Position numbers and translations under genes: made by a program. 64,000 bases of DNA, from contig NC_091283.1 in NCBI RefSeq assembly GCF_032444005.1, forward strand, positions 297,352,001-297,416,000, written 5' to 3'. A model generated the notes under the pieces. It saw nothing but the letters and a program-made list of their open reading frames with translations, had not been told where the DNA came from and ran no database searches. Source of the stretch: Ranitomeya imitator. Taxonomy: Eukaryota. This document shows, piece after piece, positions 46,400 through 57,789 of the stretch; positions within the stretch are counted from its first letter, which is position 1, and each line of letters starts with the position of its first letter.

Positions 46400-49152
46400 C
46401 AGCTCTGGCAAAAATTAAGAGACCACTGCAAAATTTTCAGTTTTTCTGATTTCTCTCTTTATAGGTATATTTTTTTTGTAAAATGTACATTGTTGTTTAA
46501 TTTTATAAAATACTGACATGTCTCCAAAATTTAAAGCTAAAAATTTTGTATTTATTTTCAGCAAATGAGAAATTGACAAAATAATAAAAAAGAAACAGTG
46601 CTTTCAGACCTCATATAATGCAAAGAAAACAAGTTCTTATTCATGTAGAAACAACAATACTCATGTTTTAACTGAAGAGTTCAGAAATGAATATTTGGTA
46701 TATAACCATGATTTTTAATCATAGTTTTCATGCATTTTGGCATGCTTTCCACCAGTCTTTCCCACTGCTGTTTGGTGACCTTATACCACTCCTGGAACAA
46801 AAATGTAAGCAGTTCTTCTTTGTTTGATGGCTTGTGACTATCCATCTTCTTCTTGATTACATTCCAGAGGTTTTCAATGGGGCTCAGGTCTGGAGATTGG
46901 GCTGGCCATGACAGGGTCTTGATGTGATGCTCCTTCATTCACACATTGATTGACCTAGCTGTGTGGCATGGGGTATTGTCCTGCTGGAAAAAACAGCCCC
47001 CAGAGTAAGGGAGCATTGCCTGAGCAGAAGGAAGCAAGTCGTTTTCAAGGGTAACCTTGTATGTGTCTTGATTCATACTTCATTCGCAAAGATTAACCTG
47101 CCCTATTCCAGCCTTGCTCAAGCATCCCCAGATCATCACCGATCCTCCACCAAATGTCACAGTGGGTGAAAGACGCTGTGGCTTGTATGCCTCTCCAGGT
47201 CTCCGTCTAACCATTAGACGACCATGTGTTGGGCAAAGCTGACAATTAGACGCATCAGAGAAGATTACCTTACTCAAGTCCTCTATGGTCCAATCCTTAG
47301 GGTCTTTGGCAAACTTCAGCCTGGCTCTCCTTTGCTTCTCATTGATGAAATACTTTTTTCTAGCTTTACATGACTTGAGGCCTGCCTCTAGGAGCCTGTT
47401 ATGAAGTGTTCTTGCCGTGCACTTCACCCCAGCTGCCATTTGCCATTCCTTTTGTAGGTCACTTTATGTCATCCTGGGGTTGCTGAGTGACATTTGAATA
47501 AGATGACGGTCATCCCGGTCAGTGGAGAGTCACTTTCGCCCTCTGCCGGTCTGTAGCTTTGTTGTCCCCAATGTCTGCTGGTTGACCTTGTTGTAATGGA
47601 CTACAGTCCGTCTACTAGTAAAGCCAGAATTGAGCCCATCTTTTCCTCACTCAATACTTTTCTTTCAACTCCTTTGACATAGTTAAAAATTATTTTTTCA
47701 TTCAAATTAATTTTGGACTATTCCTAGCACTTGTTTGGTCATCTGGCTTGTCCTATTGCAAAAGGATTGTGAAGACCACAACAGTGTTTTTATACTTTCC
47801 CTCGTTAAATAAGATTTGGTTCAGGTGATCATCTAATCAGAAGCACATTAATCCCTTCACGCCGCGGCCCTTTTTCGTTTTTGCGTTTTTCACTCCCCTC
47901 CTTCCCAGAGCCATAACTTTTTTATTTTTCCATCAATATGGTCATGTGAGGGCTTATTTTTTGCAGGACGAGTTTGTAAATTCCAAGTGTGGTGAAATTG
48001 CAAAAAAAGTGCAATCCCACACTTGTTTTTTGTTTGGCTTTTTTTTGGTCCACTAAATGCTAAAACTGACCTGATTTTATGATTCTCCACGTCATTATGA
48101 ATTCATAGACGCCTAACGTGTCTAGGTTATTTTTTATTTTTTATAGTGGTGAAAAAAAATTCTAAACTTTGCTAAAAAAAAAATGTGATCTGGGGTCGAG
48201 TGAGGGCTTATTTTTTGCGTGCTGAGCTGACGTTTTTAATGATACCACTTTTGTGCAGATACATCCTTTTGATCGCCCGTTATTGCATTTTAATGCAATG
48301 TCGCGGTGACCAAAAAAACTTAATTCTGGCGTTTCGATTTTTTTTCTCGCTACGCTATTTAGCGATCAGGTAAATGCTTTTTTTATTGATAGATCGGGCG
48401 ATTCTAAACGCGGCAATACCAAATATGTGTAGGTTTGATTTTTTTTTAGTGTTTTATTTTGGATGGGGCGAAAGGGGGGTGATTTAAACTTTTATATTTT
48501 TTTATTTTCTTCATATTTATAAAAACTTTTTTTTTTTAACTTTTGCCATGCTTCAATAGCCTCCATGGGAGGCTAGAAGCTGGCACCACTCGATCGGCTC
48601 AGCTACATAGCAGCAATCATCAGATCGCTGCTATGTAGCTGAAATGCAGGCTTGCTATGAGCGCCGACCACAGGGTGGCGCTCACAGCAGGCAGGCATCA
48701 GTAACCATAGAGGTGTCAAGGACCTCTATGGTTACCATCCTGATGCATCGCCAACCCCCGATCATGTGACGGGATTGGCGATGCGCTCACCTCTGGCCGC
48801 GCGGCCGGAAGCGGTAGTTAAATGCCGCTTTCAGCATTTGACAGCGACATTTAGCAGGTTAATAGCGGCGGGTGAATCGCGATTTCACCCGCCACTATTG
48901 TGCGCACATGTCAGCTGTACAAAACAGCTGACATGTCGCAACTTTGATGTGGGCTCAGCGCCGGAGCCCACATCAAAGGGGGAGACACGACATGCGCCGT
49001 ACTAGTACGGCGCATGTCGTGAAGGGGTTAAGTAGAATGAGGTGTCCTTTGGTTGGAATTGAACTGACCCTGGAATGGAATGGCTGTCAGACATATAGAG
49101 ATGGTGATTTTTAGAAAACTGTGCAGTTGCCTCTTAATTTTTGCCAGAGCTG
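46400..49152 (-). mobile_element. Tc1/mariner transposon, degenerate, with nested piggyBac-type MITE
   Basis: TA|CAGCTCTGGCAAAAATTAAGAG ... CTCTTAATTTTTGCCAGAGCTG|TA; transposase fragments FSDASN, GGGSVMIWGC and SPDLSPIENLW. Confidence 0.92.
47852..49027. mobile_element. piggyBac-type non-autonomous element
   Basis: TTAA|TCCCTTCACG ... CGTGAAGGGG|TTAA. Confidence 0.85.
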
Positions 49153-50875
49153 TATATGTTCCAATCCTGATATAAGTGGCTCCATTCAGGTATATATAAT
49201 ATCTATCAAGGTATGTATGTCCTCCTTCAGTTATATATGGCCACCGATCCAGGTATACGTGCCCCCCCACTGAGTATACATGGCCCCCATCCCGGTATAC
49301 ATGGCCCCCCTTCCTGGTATACATGGCACCCCATTCTGGTTTACATGGCCTCCATCCCCATCCTAGTATACATGGCCCCCATCTCCATCATAGAATACAT
49401 GGCCCCTATCCCCAGCCTGATATATATGGCCATCATCCCCAACCTTATATATATGGCCACTATCCTCATTTTGGTAAACATGGCTCCTATCATTATCATG
49501 GTATAGATGCCACCCAATCCTGGTAAACATGGCCCCATCACGCTGCTCACATTAAAAAAAAACAATTTTACTCACCTTCGCTCTGCTCAGCGCCATGTTT
49601 GATTCCATCAGCTGATTTCAGAGTGTAAGCAGCGCACAACGTGTAAGTAGCCTCCACACGCCGAGGTCAGGTGCCAGAATATTCACTGCTCCCCACGCCC
49701 ATATTCCTGGCCGTGGTGGGCAGTGAATATTCTTTTTCTTTAATAGTGGTTGGGCGATCATGTGTGCCCGCTATTAAAAAGAATGAATATTCACTGCTCC
49801 ATCGGCCCAGTGAAAGGGACTATAGGTGAGAGGGACTATGGGCGTGGGGAGCAGTGAATATTCATGTTCTTTAACAGCGGGCAGACTTGTTAGCTGCAGC
49901 TGCTGGCTCCTGCCTCCTGTAACCTGCTCCTCTGTCTCTGCCACTTCCCCCCTGCCTATAGCCACTATAAGGTACATCTGGGATATATTAGATGCACCCT
50001 TTTCTCTAAAATTTTGGAGGAGCACAGTGCGTCTTATTGTCCAAAAAATGGTACTTGACACCAAAGTCTCCATATACAATGTTTTATGGGGTTTATTTCT
50101 GGACTTCGGCTTTCCTACATTACAAGAAAAACACCAAAAAAAAGCAAATATTAAAATGTTTAAAAAAGAGAAAATAGACACCAACAATTCTTGGAAGAAG
50201 AAAAAACATAAAAAAGCAGAAGACATATTCTATTATTTTTTAACACGTTAAACATTTGTTTTTTTAAATTAACTCTTTGGCCCCCTGCAACAAAAACCCT
50301 GGCAGTTTAACCACTTGCTCTTGTCAAAAGCAAACATGGCATCTCAAAATGTGTGACCGAGTCCGGCTGAATGCCCTCCGCCCCCGAGTACTCGATAGTA
50401 TACTACGATACTTACATGCCTAATAATGGTCAAACAGAATCTCAAATACAGATATCATCATAAGAATTTTGGATTAAAGCAACCCGCATACATATGGGTA
50501 CAACCCTGCGGAGCTCCCAAACAACATTCAACCACCAAAACATGGAGACCACCAGATTACGCCAGGCAAGAGCGGAGTCCCGGCTCTTGTTACTTCTGGT
50601 ACAAGAGACGCATGTGCCAATGATCTGTGAGGAGATTCCGCTCAGTAGTATACAACTGCATTAAAGAGCAGGAGGAGCGAGTGAGCCGGGCCATTGCTTC
50701 CAGCACTGACGTCAGTACAGGTGTTGGTCCAGGGTGTACAAGAGACAAGGTGAAAGCTGGTAGAAGTGAAGGTGGCCCAGCGAGCTCTGATAGACGTTTT
50801 AGGAGGACATATGGCCTAACGGGAAGAGGCGGAGACCCCGCTATGGCCAGTGTTCGCAGAGTGTTGTCGACTATA

Positions 50876-52481
50876 CAGTGGGGCAAAAAAGTATTTAGTC
50901 AGTCAGCAATAGTGCAAGTTCCACCACTTAAAAAGATGAGAGGCGTCTGTAATTTACATCATAGGTAGACCTCAACTATGGGAGACAAACTGAGAAAAAA
51001 AATCCAGAAAATCACATTGTCTGTTTTTTTTATCATTTTATTTGCATATTATGGTGGAAAATAAGTATTTGGTCAGAAACAAACAATCAAGATTTCTGGC
51101 TCTTACAGACCTGTAACTTCTTCTTTAAGAGTCTCCTCTTTCCTCCACTCATTACCTGTAGTAATGGCACCTGTTTAAACTTGTTATCAGTATAAAAAGA
51201 CACCTGTGCACACCCTCAAACAGTCTGACTCCAAACTCCACTATGGTGAAGACCAAAGAGCTGTCAAAGGACACCAGAAACAAAATTGTAGCCCTGCACC
51301 AGGCTGGGAAGACTGAATCTGCAATAGCCAACCAGCTTGGAGTGAAGAAATCAACAGTGGGAGCAATAATTAGAAAATGGAAGACATACAAGACCACTGA
51401 TAATCTCCCTCAATCTGGGGCTCCACGCAAAATCCCACCCCGTGGGGTCAGAATGATCACAAGAACGGTGAACAAAAATCCCAGAACCACGCGGGGGGAC
51501 CTAGTGAATGAACTGCAGAGAGCTGGGACCAATGTAACAAGGCCTACCATAAGTAACACACTACGCCACCATGGACTCAGATCCTGCAGTGCCAGACGTG
51601 TCCCACTGCTTAAGCCAGTACATGTCCGGGCCCGTCTGAAGTTTGCTAGAGAGCATTTGGATGATCCAGAGGAGTTTTGGGAGAATGTCCTATGGTCTGA
51701 TGAAACCAAACTGGAACTGTTTGGTAGAAACACAACTTGTCGTGTTTGGAGGAAAAAGAATACTGAGTTGCATCCATCAAACACCATACCTACTGTAAAG
51801 CATGGTGGTGGAAACATCATGCTTTGGGGCTGTTTCTCTGCAAAGGGGCCAGGACGACTGATCCGGGTACATGAAAGAATGAATGGGGCCATGTATCGCG
51901 AGATTTTGAGTGCAACCCTCCTTCCATCAGCCAGGGCATTGAAGATGAAACGTGGCTGGGTCTTTCAACATGACAATGATCCAAAGCACACCGCCAGGGT
52001 AACGAAGGAGTGGCTTCGTAAGAAGCATTTCAAGGTCCTGGAGTGGCCTAGTCAGTCTCCAGATCTCAACCCTATAGAAAACCTTTGGAGGGAGTTGAAA
52101 GTCTGTGCTGCCAAGCGAAAAGCCAAAAACATCACTGCTCTAGAGGAGATCTGCATGGAGGAATGGGCCAACATACCAACAACAGTGTGTGGCAACCTTG
52201 TGAAGACTTACAGAAAACGTTTGACCTCTGTCATTGCCAACAAAGGATATATTACAAAGTATTGAGATGAAATTTTGTTTCTGACCAAATACTTATTTTC
52301 CACCATAATATGCAAATAAAATGTTAAAAAAACAGACAATGTGATTTTCTGGATTTTTTTTTCTCAGTTTGTCTCCCATAGTTGAGGTCTACCTATGATG
52401 TAAATTACAGACGCCTCTCATCTTTTTAAGTGGTGGAACTTGCACTATTGCTGACTGACTAAATACTTTTTTGCCCCACTG
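50876..52481 (+). mobile_element. Intact Tc1/mariner (DD34E) transposon with long IR/DR-type TIRs
   Basis: TA|CAGTGGGGCAAAAAAGTATTTAGTC ... GACTAAATACTTTTTTGCCCCACTG|TA; ~205-bp near-identical TIRs. Confidence 0.97.
51243..52265 (+). CDS. Tc1 transposase, 340 aa, uninterrupted
   Basis: Paired HTH domain, [15 protein letters not shown] and SPDLNPIE with 34 residues between the second D and E; ends GYITKY. Confidence 0.95.
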   Translation: MVKTKELSKDTRNKIVALHQAGKTESAIANQLGVKKSTVGAIIRKWKTYKTTDNLPQSGAPRKIPPRGVRMITRTVNKNPRTTRGDLVNELQRAGTNVTRPTISNTLRHHGLRSCSARRVPLLKPVHVRARLKFAREHLDDPEEFWENVLWSDETKLELFGRNTTCRVWRKKNTELHPSNTIPTVKHGGGNIMLWGCFSAKGPGRLIRVHERMNGAMYREILSATLLPSARALKMKRGWVFQHDNDPKHTARVTKEWLRKKHFKVLEWPSQSPDLNPIENLWRELKVCAAKRKAKNITALEEICMEEWANIPTTVCGNLVKTYRKRLTSVIANKGYITKY

Positions 52482-53369
52482 TATGTGTCAGGAAAATCAC
52501 CCTTGTCAGTAGCTAAAGTAACATTTGGTTAGAGGCTGCTATTACAGTGAGAGTGAGGCGGAGAATTCATTGTGTATCTGATATTGTATATTTCACCTCG
52601 TAATCACCATGTTTTGCATTATTCACTGTTGCCATAGTGATCACAATTCCCATTATCAGGAAATAAATAATTATATTGGTTACTTCCACCGTGTGTTTGT
52701 CTGTGTGTTGTATCCGGTCATCTGCTTATAGGGGCATAATGGGGGCATTATACTGTGTGGGGGCATCATATACTGTATACTGCATAAGGGGCATATTGGG
52801 GGCCTTACACTGTGTGAGGCCAGGAAAGGGGCCCTGTACTGTGAGAACAATCCGTTCCCTCACTTCCTGTCTTTCATAGTTGGGTCGTATGTATCTATTA
52901 CAGGAAACAGAATAAAAACGTTATGATTCCTATAACGTGGTAACAGAACTCCCAAAAGAGGCTCAGTGCTGAAGGGGTTAATGCCAGCCGTGCTCAGTAA
53001 TGGGGAATCTCAAGCACAGACCTCCACCCACAGAGCCACACTCCACATATATGGCCGCTCTGTGCGCACAGGACCTGTGATGAGGTAACAGGAGGCTAGG
53101 AGTCAGGGGTCACATGATCAGGGGCCTCATTGTATGATTGTGCTACCGTACCAACTCCAAATAGGAAGCTAAAATGATGAAATCTTGTTTATTTAACCCC
53201 TTCCAGAGTCTGGCTAAGGCTCATCTATGGCCATGCACCTCTCCAGTCACCGTGGGTTTTTTTTGTTAAAAGGATGGAGGGCTGTGTCCATGTTTGGATT
53301 TTAATAAAATCACGGTTCACAATCCCTATCCTTTACCCCTTACACCTGACCTGTTTAACCAATTATCTG

Positions 53370-53640
53370 GAGATAAATGAATTCACAAACTCAACGTGAG
53401 AGAAGCATATAACCTTATAAATGTATGCCATTGTGACGAGTGGAAGACCGCATTTAATACACCTGAGGGGCAGATTGAAAATTTGCTGATGCCATTCGGA
53501 TTAAGCAATGTCCATCAGTCTTTGAAAATTTCATAAATTATGTTTTTCTCACTGGTGAGTAGATTCACGGGAGTTTACCTGGATGATATATTGAGTTACT
53601 CACGTACTCTGCAGGAGCATCATGAGCATGTCAGACAGCT
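53370..53640 (+). pseudogene. Gypsy/Ty3 reverse transcriptase fragment
   Basis: [12 protein letters not shown]...MPFGLSN...VYLDDIL..S.T..EH.EHVRQ motifs readable across frameshifts. Confidence 0.8.
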
Positions 53641-53854
53641 GGAGTGGGAAAAACATTACCTAGCAATCCCGATTTGATATTTCAAATAGAACTCCATCAT
53701 TAAAAAATGTTCTAGCACCAAGAAAGATAAAAAAGAAGATTTAAGATTCACTAAAAGTGGCGTGTCTTCCAAATAAAATCATTACATGCAATCTGAAAAA
53801 TTGTCTATGTTGTCACGGGATCTGCCATGGTCTCTCAGAATTCACCCTTAATTC

Positions 53855-54209
53855 TACAGGTGATATTGCATTGCGCAGGTGCCGGGCCTCTCTGACCTTT
53901 CCCAGCGCCTGCGCACTGCAGTACTTTGCTCTGCCCTCAACACGACAGATACAGTACGACTTTGCAGGAGCCGAGCCAGGAAGCAAGGAAGAGAACGTCA
54001 TTGCATGAAGATGGGAGGCGCCGGACCTGGACCATGACGCCCATCGGACCGGACCGCATCGGACCACCCTCTCAGGTGAGTATAATCTAACTTGTTTTTC
54101 TTCTCTTTCAGGTTACATTGGGGGCTTATCTACAGCATTACAGAATGCTGCAGATAAGCCCGTGATGGCAGAAGCTTCAATGCAAAAAAGTAGGTGACAG
54201 ATTCCCTTT
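53855..54209. mobile_element. T2/Kolobok-type MITE, right portion
   Basis: Ends GGTGACAGATTCCCTTTA; homologous to the interior of 23097-23611. Confidence 0.6.
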
Positions 54210-54382
54210 AATAATTTTAAATCTATCACGGAAAATCCGAGGAACAAAATAAAAAACACACATAACCTGACTAAAGGAGAAAGGGAAACCGTCTGATCAT
54301 TAAGTGAAAACCAAAATCTTGTAATAAGATCGGCTGATAAGCATGGTGGTATTGTTATACAGAACCATGAAGCTTATTGTAA

Positions 54383-55122
54383 AGGTACCGTTACACTTAA
54401 CGATTTACCAATAATCACGACCAACGATACGACCTGGCCGTGATCGTTGGTAAGTCGTTGTGTGGTCACTGGAGAGCTGTCACACAGACAGCTCTCCAGC
54501 GACCAACGATGCCGAAGTCCCCGGGTAACCAGGGTAAACATCGGGTTACTAAGCGCAGGGCCGCGCTTAGTAACCCGATGTTTACCCTGGTTACCATTGT
54601 AAAAGTAAAAAAAAAAAAAACACTACATACTTACATTCCTGTCACGTCCCCCAGCATCAGCTTCCCTGCACTGTGTAAAGCGCCGGCCGGAAAGCAGAGC
54701 GGTGACGTCACCGCTGTGCACTGCTTTACGGCCGACCGGCGCTGACAACGGGAGACGCAGGGAAGCTGACGCTGGGGAACGTGACAGGAATGTAAGTATG
54801 TAGTGTTTTTTTTTTACTTTTACAATGGTAACCAGGGTAAACATCGGGTTACTAAGCGCGGCCCTGCGCTTAGTAACCCGATGTTTACCCTGGTTACCAG
54901 TGAAGACTTCGCTGGATCGGCGTCACACACGCCGATTCAGCGATGTCAGCGGGTGATCCAGCGACGAAATAAAGTTCTGGACTTTCAGCTCTGACCAACG
55001 ATCTCCCAGCAGGGGCCTGATCGCTGCTACGTGTCAAACACAACGATATCGCTATCCAGGACGCTGCAACGTCACGGATCGCTATTGTTATCGCTCTAAA
55101 GTCGCTAAATGTGACGGTACCT
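54383..55122. mobile_element. PIF/Harbinger-type MITE (long, internally palindromic; same family as 34651-35042)
   Basis: TAA|AGGTACCGTTACAC ... GTGACGGTACCT|TAA. Confidence 0.88.
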
Positions 55123-56033
55123 TAAGGAAGCACTATGAAGCCTCTCGGATAACAATTATTATGTTAAAACAACCTCTGAGCAATTACTACAGCAATTCTG
55201 GAATATGGTGTATTAAGTCAAGCTCAGAAGAGATTCCTATCTGTTAAAAATCCATCAACCTTCTTTTTTGTCACCTATTAAAGATCCATAAAAACCTTAA
55301 TAATCCCCCTGGGAGACCAATTATTTCATCTGTTGGTTCCCTTACAATCTATCGGAATACACAGATACAATTATGCAAATCCATGTTCTTAACCTTGAAA
55401 GTCATCTCAGGGATTCCTCTCATTTAATTCAAATGTTGCAGGATATTGAATGGAAACCCACTTGTGTTTTCATGACACTGGACGTGGCCTCACTGTACTC
55501 GAACATGCAACATGAATGTTGGTCTTATGTGTTTCAAGAAATATCTGAAGATGGATTTAAGACTTTATGAACATCAGATAGACTTTTTATATGAAAGCCT
55601 ATCATTTATCTTACATAATAATTTCTTTACATTCCAAGGAGAATTCTACCATCAGTGACTTGGGACCGCAATGGGTTCGAAAGTCGCATCCACATACACA
55701 AATTTATTTATGGGGATTTTTTAAGAAATATTATTTATAATCATTCTAATAATTAAAAAATAACATTTATAAAAGATTCATAGATGATCTGTTTTTTTTT
55801 TAATATGGTATAATTCTAGGGGGGATATGCAATCCTTCATCCAGGACATTAATACCAATGATTGGGGACTATCCTTTGCTCCCACCATCAATACTGAAAG
55901 CATTGACTTTTTGGACATTACAATTTTTATTTTGGGTAATCGCATCTGTACTCGTACATAATTTCAGAAAATGGATACTAACAGTTATATACACTATACA
56001 GGTGGACATTACACCAAGTGGTTAGACAATATT

Positions 56034-56605
56034 TGTTATAAACTTAGTGCTAAGTGCAGTGGAGATCAGTATCATGGGTCAGAAAAGAGGCCGAGAGACA
56101 ACAGGTAAGAGTTCAATAATATTTATGATGGTATGCAGGTAAACAGCTATGACACAGCAGGTTAGTAGCAGACAGAGCTGGATAAGCAGTAAGCATGTGT
56201 ATAGACCGTGGAAGTCCAAATATGTCAGGTCCAGAGACCTGGAGACCAGGCCAGGCCTCCTAACAGGGAACAGTCCAGCAGCAGAGACGAGTGCAGAGCA
56301 GATCCAGGGAAACTAGTCTTATGATGAAGAGATGTAGATCCGAAGACAGACGGGGTATCCCAAGGTAACAAAGAACCAGCAAGATAGCAGTTCTTCCAGC
56401 TTGATCACAAATCCAGGAACAAGATACTCAAGTAATGAGTAATATACAGAGCTCCCTTATATACACCACAGACAGGAACAGGGAAAGTCTGACAGGAAGC
56501 AAGATGGCCCCCGTGAGGCCAGTGACTCCATCTTAGGTAAGGGCAAAAGTAACTGAACGGAGGGCAATAGCAGACAGGAACAGATGTACAGTCCAAATCC
56601 TTACA
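56034..56605. mobile_element. Solo LTR
   Basis: TGTTA...TTACA termini, 5-bp TSD ATATT; removing it restores the Penelope frame. Confidence 0.8.
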
Positions 56606-57789
56606 ATATTCCTCAGAATCAAGATATGAGAATTAGGAAGAATTGTACATTATATTGGGACTTCAATGTCCAGGCTAATTTCCTAAAAGATTCCAAAACC
56701 AAAAATAGCTAACTAAGGTAATAAAATGTCCTGTCATCAACGTCAAGGGGCGGGATCAGGAATCCTTACTTATAACTAGTGTTGAGCGATACCTTCCGAT
56801 ATCAGAAAGTATCGGTATCGGATTGGATCGGCCGATATTCAAAAAATATCGGATACCGATACCTGATCCCAATGCAAGTCAATGGGACCAAAATATCGGA
56901 ATTAAAATAAACCCTTTCTTTCCTTGTAGGTTCATTCTACATGAAGGAAAACAACTAAGAATAATGCAGGATGTATTTGGGGAGGTGGCGGAGACATTAA
57001 AGGCATAGAGGATTAGCCCAATCAAATAGAATAGCAGGAATTTTTATTTTTTTTAAAGACGTTCGGAGTTACAAAGATATTGACTATGTTTTGTTTTTTT
57101 TTATTTTGTCAGATATTGATGTTTCACTATTTTACGCCCTTCCCCTTTTTTTTACTTTTCCCACACTTTCATCTTCATCATCATCAGCATCTTTGACATC
57201 AACTTCTTCTTCACCTTATTCATCTTCTAAATCTTCTACCTATTTTTTTTTTTGGTTACATTCTTCATATTCATTTTCTTCAACTATTATTATTCTTCCT
57301 ATTCTACTTCTTCATCATATTCTCATTTTTGACAGGCATTCCCGTAGTTGTTATCTATAAAAGTTTGAAGATTACACCTTCCGTTCTGCCTGTCACAAAA
57401 GTTACATTTGTCCGCGTTCAGTTTGGCCTGCAGCATCAGGCTTTATCCAGGGGCACCACGAGTAGGAACGGACTCACCCCCATACACTGCTTAGTCTTCT
57501 TCTGCATATAATTTAAATATCTTTTGCTCTGATATTAAGTGTTATGCTTAATGTTCTTCTGCTCTTTGTTCTGCAGCCTCTTGTTCTTCTGCTTCTCGGT
57601 CTTCCATGTCGTCGTCTCCAGGGTCGTCGTCTCCAGGGTCGTCGTCTCCGCCGTCGTCGTCATCGGGGTGGTCTTCAGGGTCGTCGTCTCCATGGTCGTC
57701 ATCATCTCAGTGGTTGTCGTCTCCGGTGTCGTCGTCATCTTAGGGGTGGTCTTCCGGGTCGTCGTCTTTAGGGTCTTGAACTTGGAAAT

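Larger units (their letters stand above)
46331..50051. mobile_element. Tc1/pogo-like MITE with internal ~22-bp minisatellite (49155-49530), host of nested Tc1
   Basis: TA|CCATATTATTTGGACTATAAGAC ... GTCTTATTGTCCAAAAAATGG|TA. Confidence 0.7.
45905..53140 (-). pseudogene. Relic 5' region (exon 1 + intron 1) of a paralogous zinc-finger gene
   Basis: Collinear homology: 45906-46316 with 15473-15872, ~50055-50150 with ~15885-15950, 52735-52955 with 16400-16600, and 52950-53140 with 25795-25990. Confidence 0.65.
54240..56700 (+). pseudogene. Penelope-like element reverse transcriptase remnant (interrupted by a MITE and a solo LTR)
   Basis: NLTKGE...LVIRSADKHGGIVI, KIHKNLNNP.GRPIIS, TLDVASLY, GTAMGS, RFIDDL, IDFLDI; DNIPQNQDMRIRKNC is rejoined across the LTR. 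Confidence 0.82.

Noticed and set aside
50300-50870. Possible Myb/SANT-like (Harbinger-associated) coding remnant
   Set aside because: Only vague similarity in short broken frames; would need a profile search.
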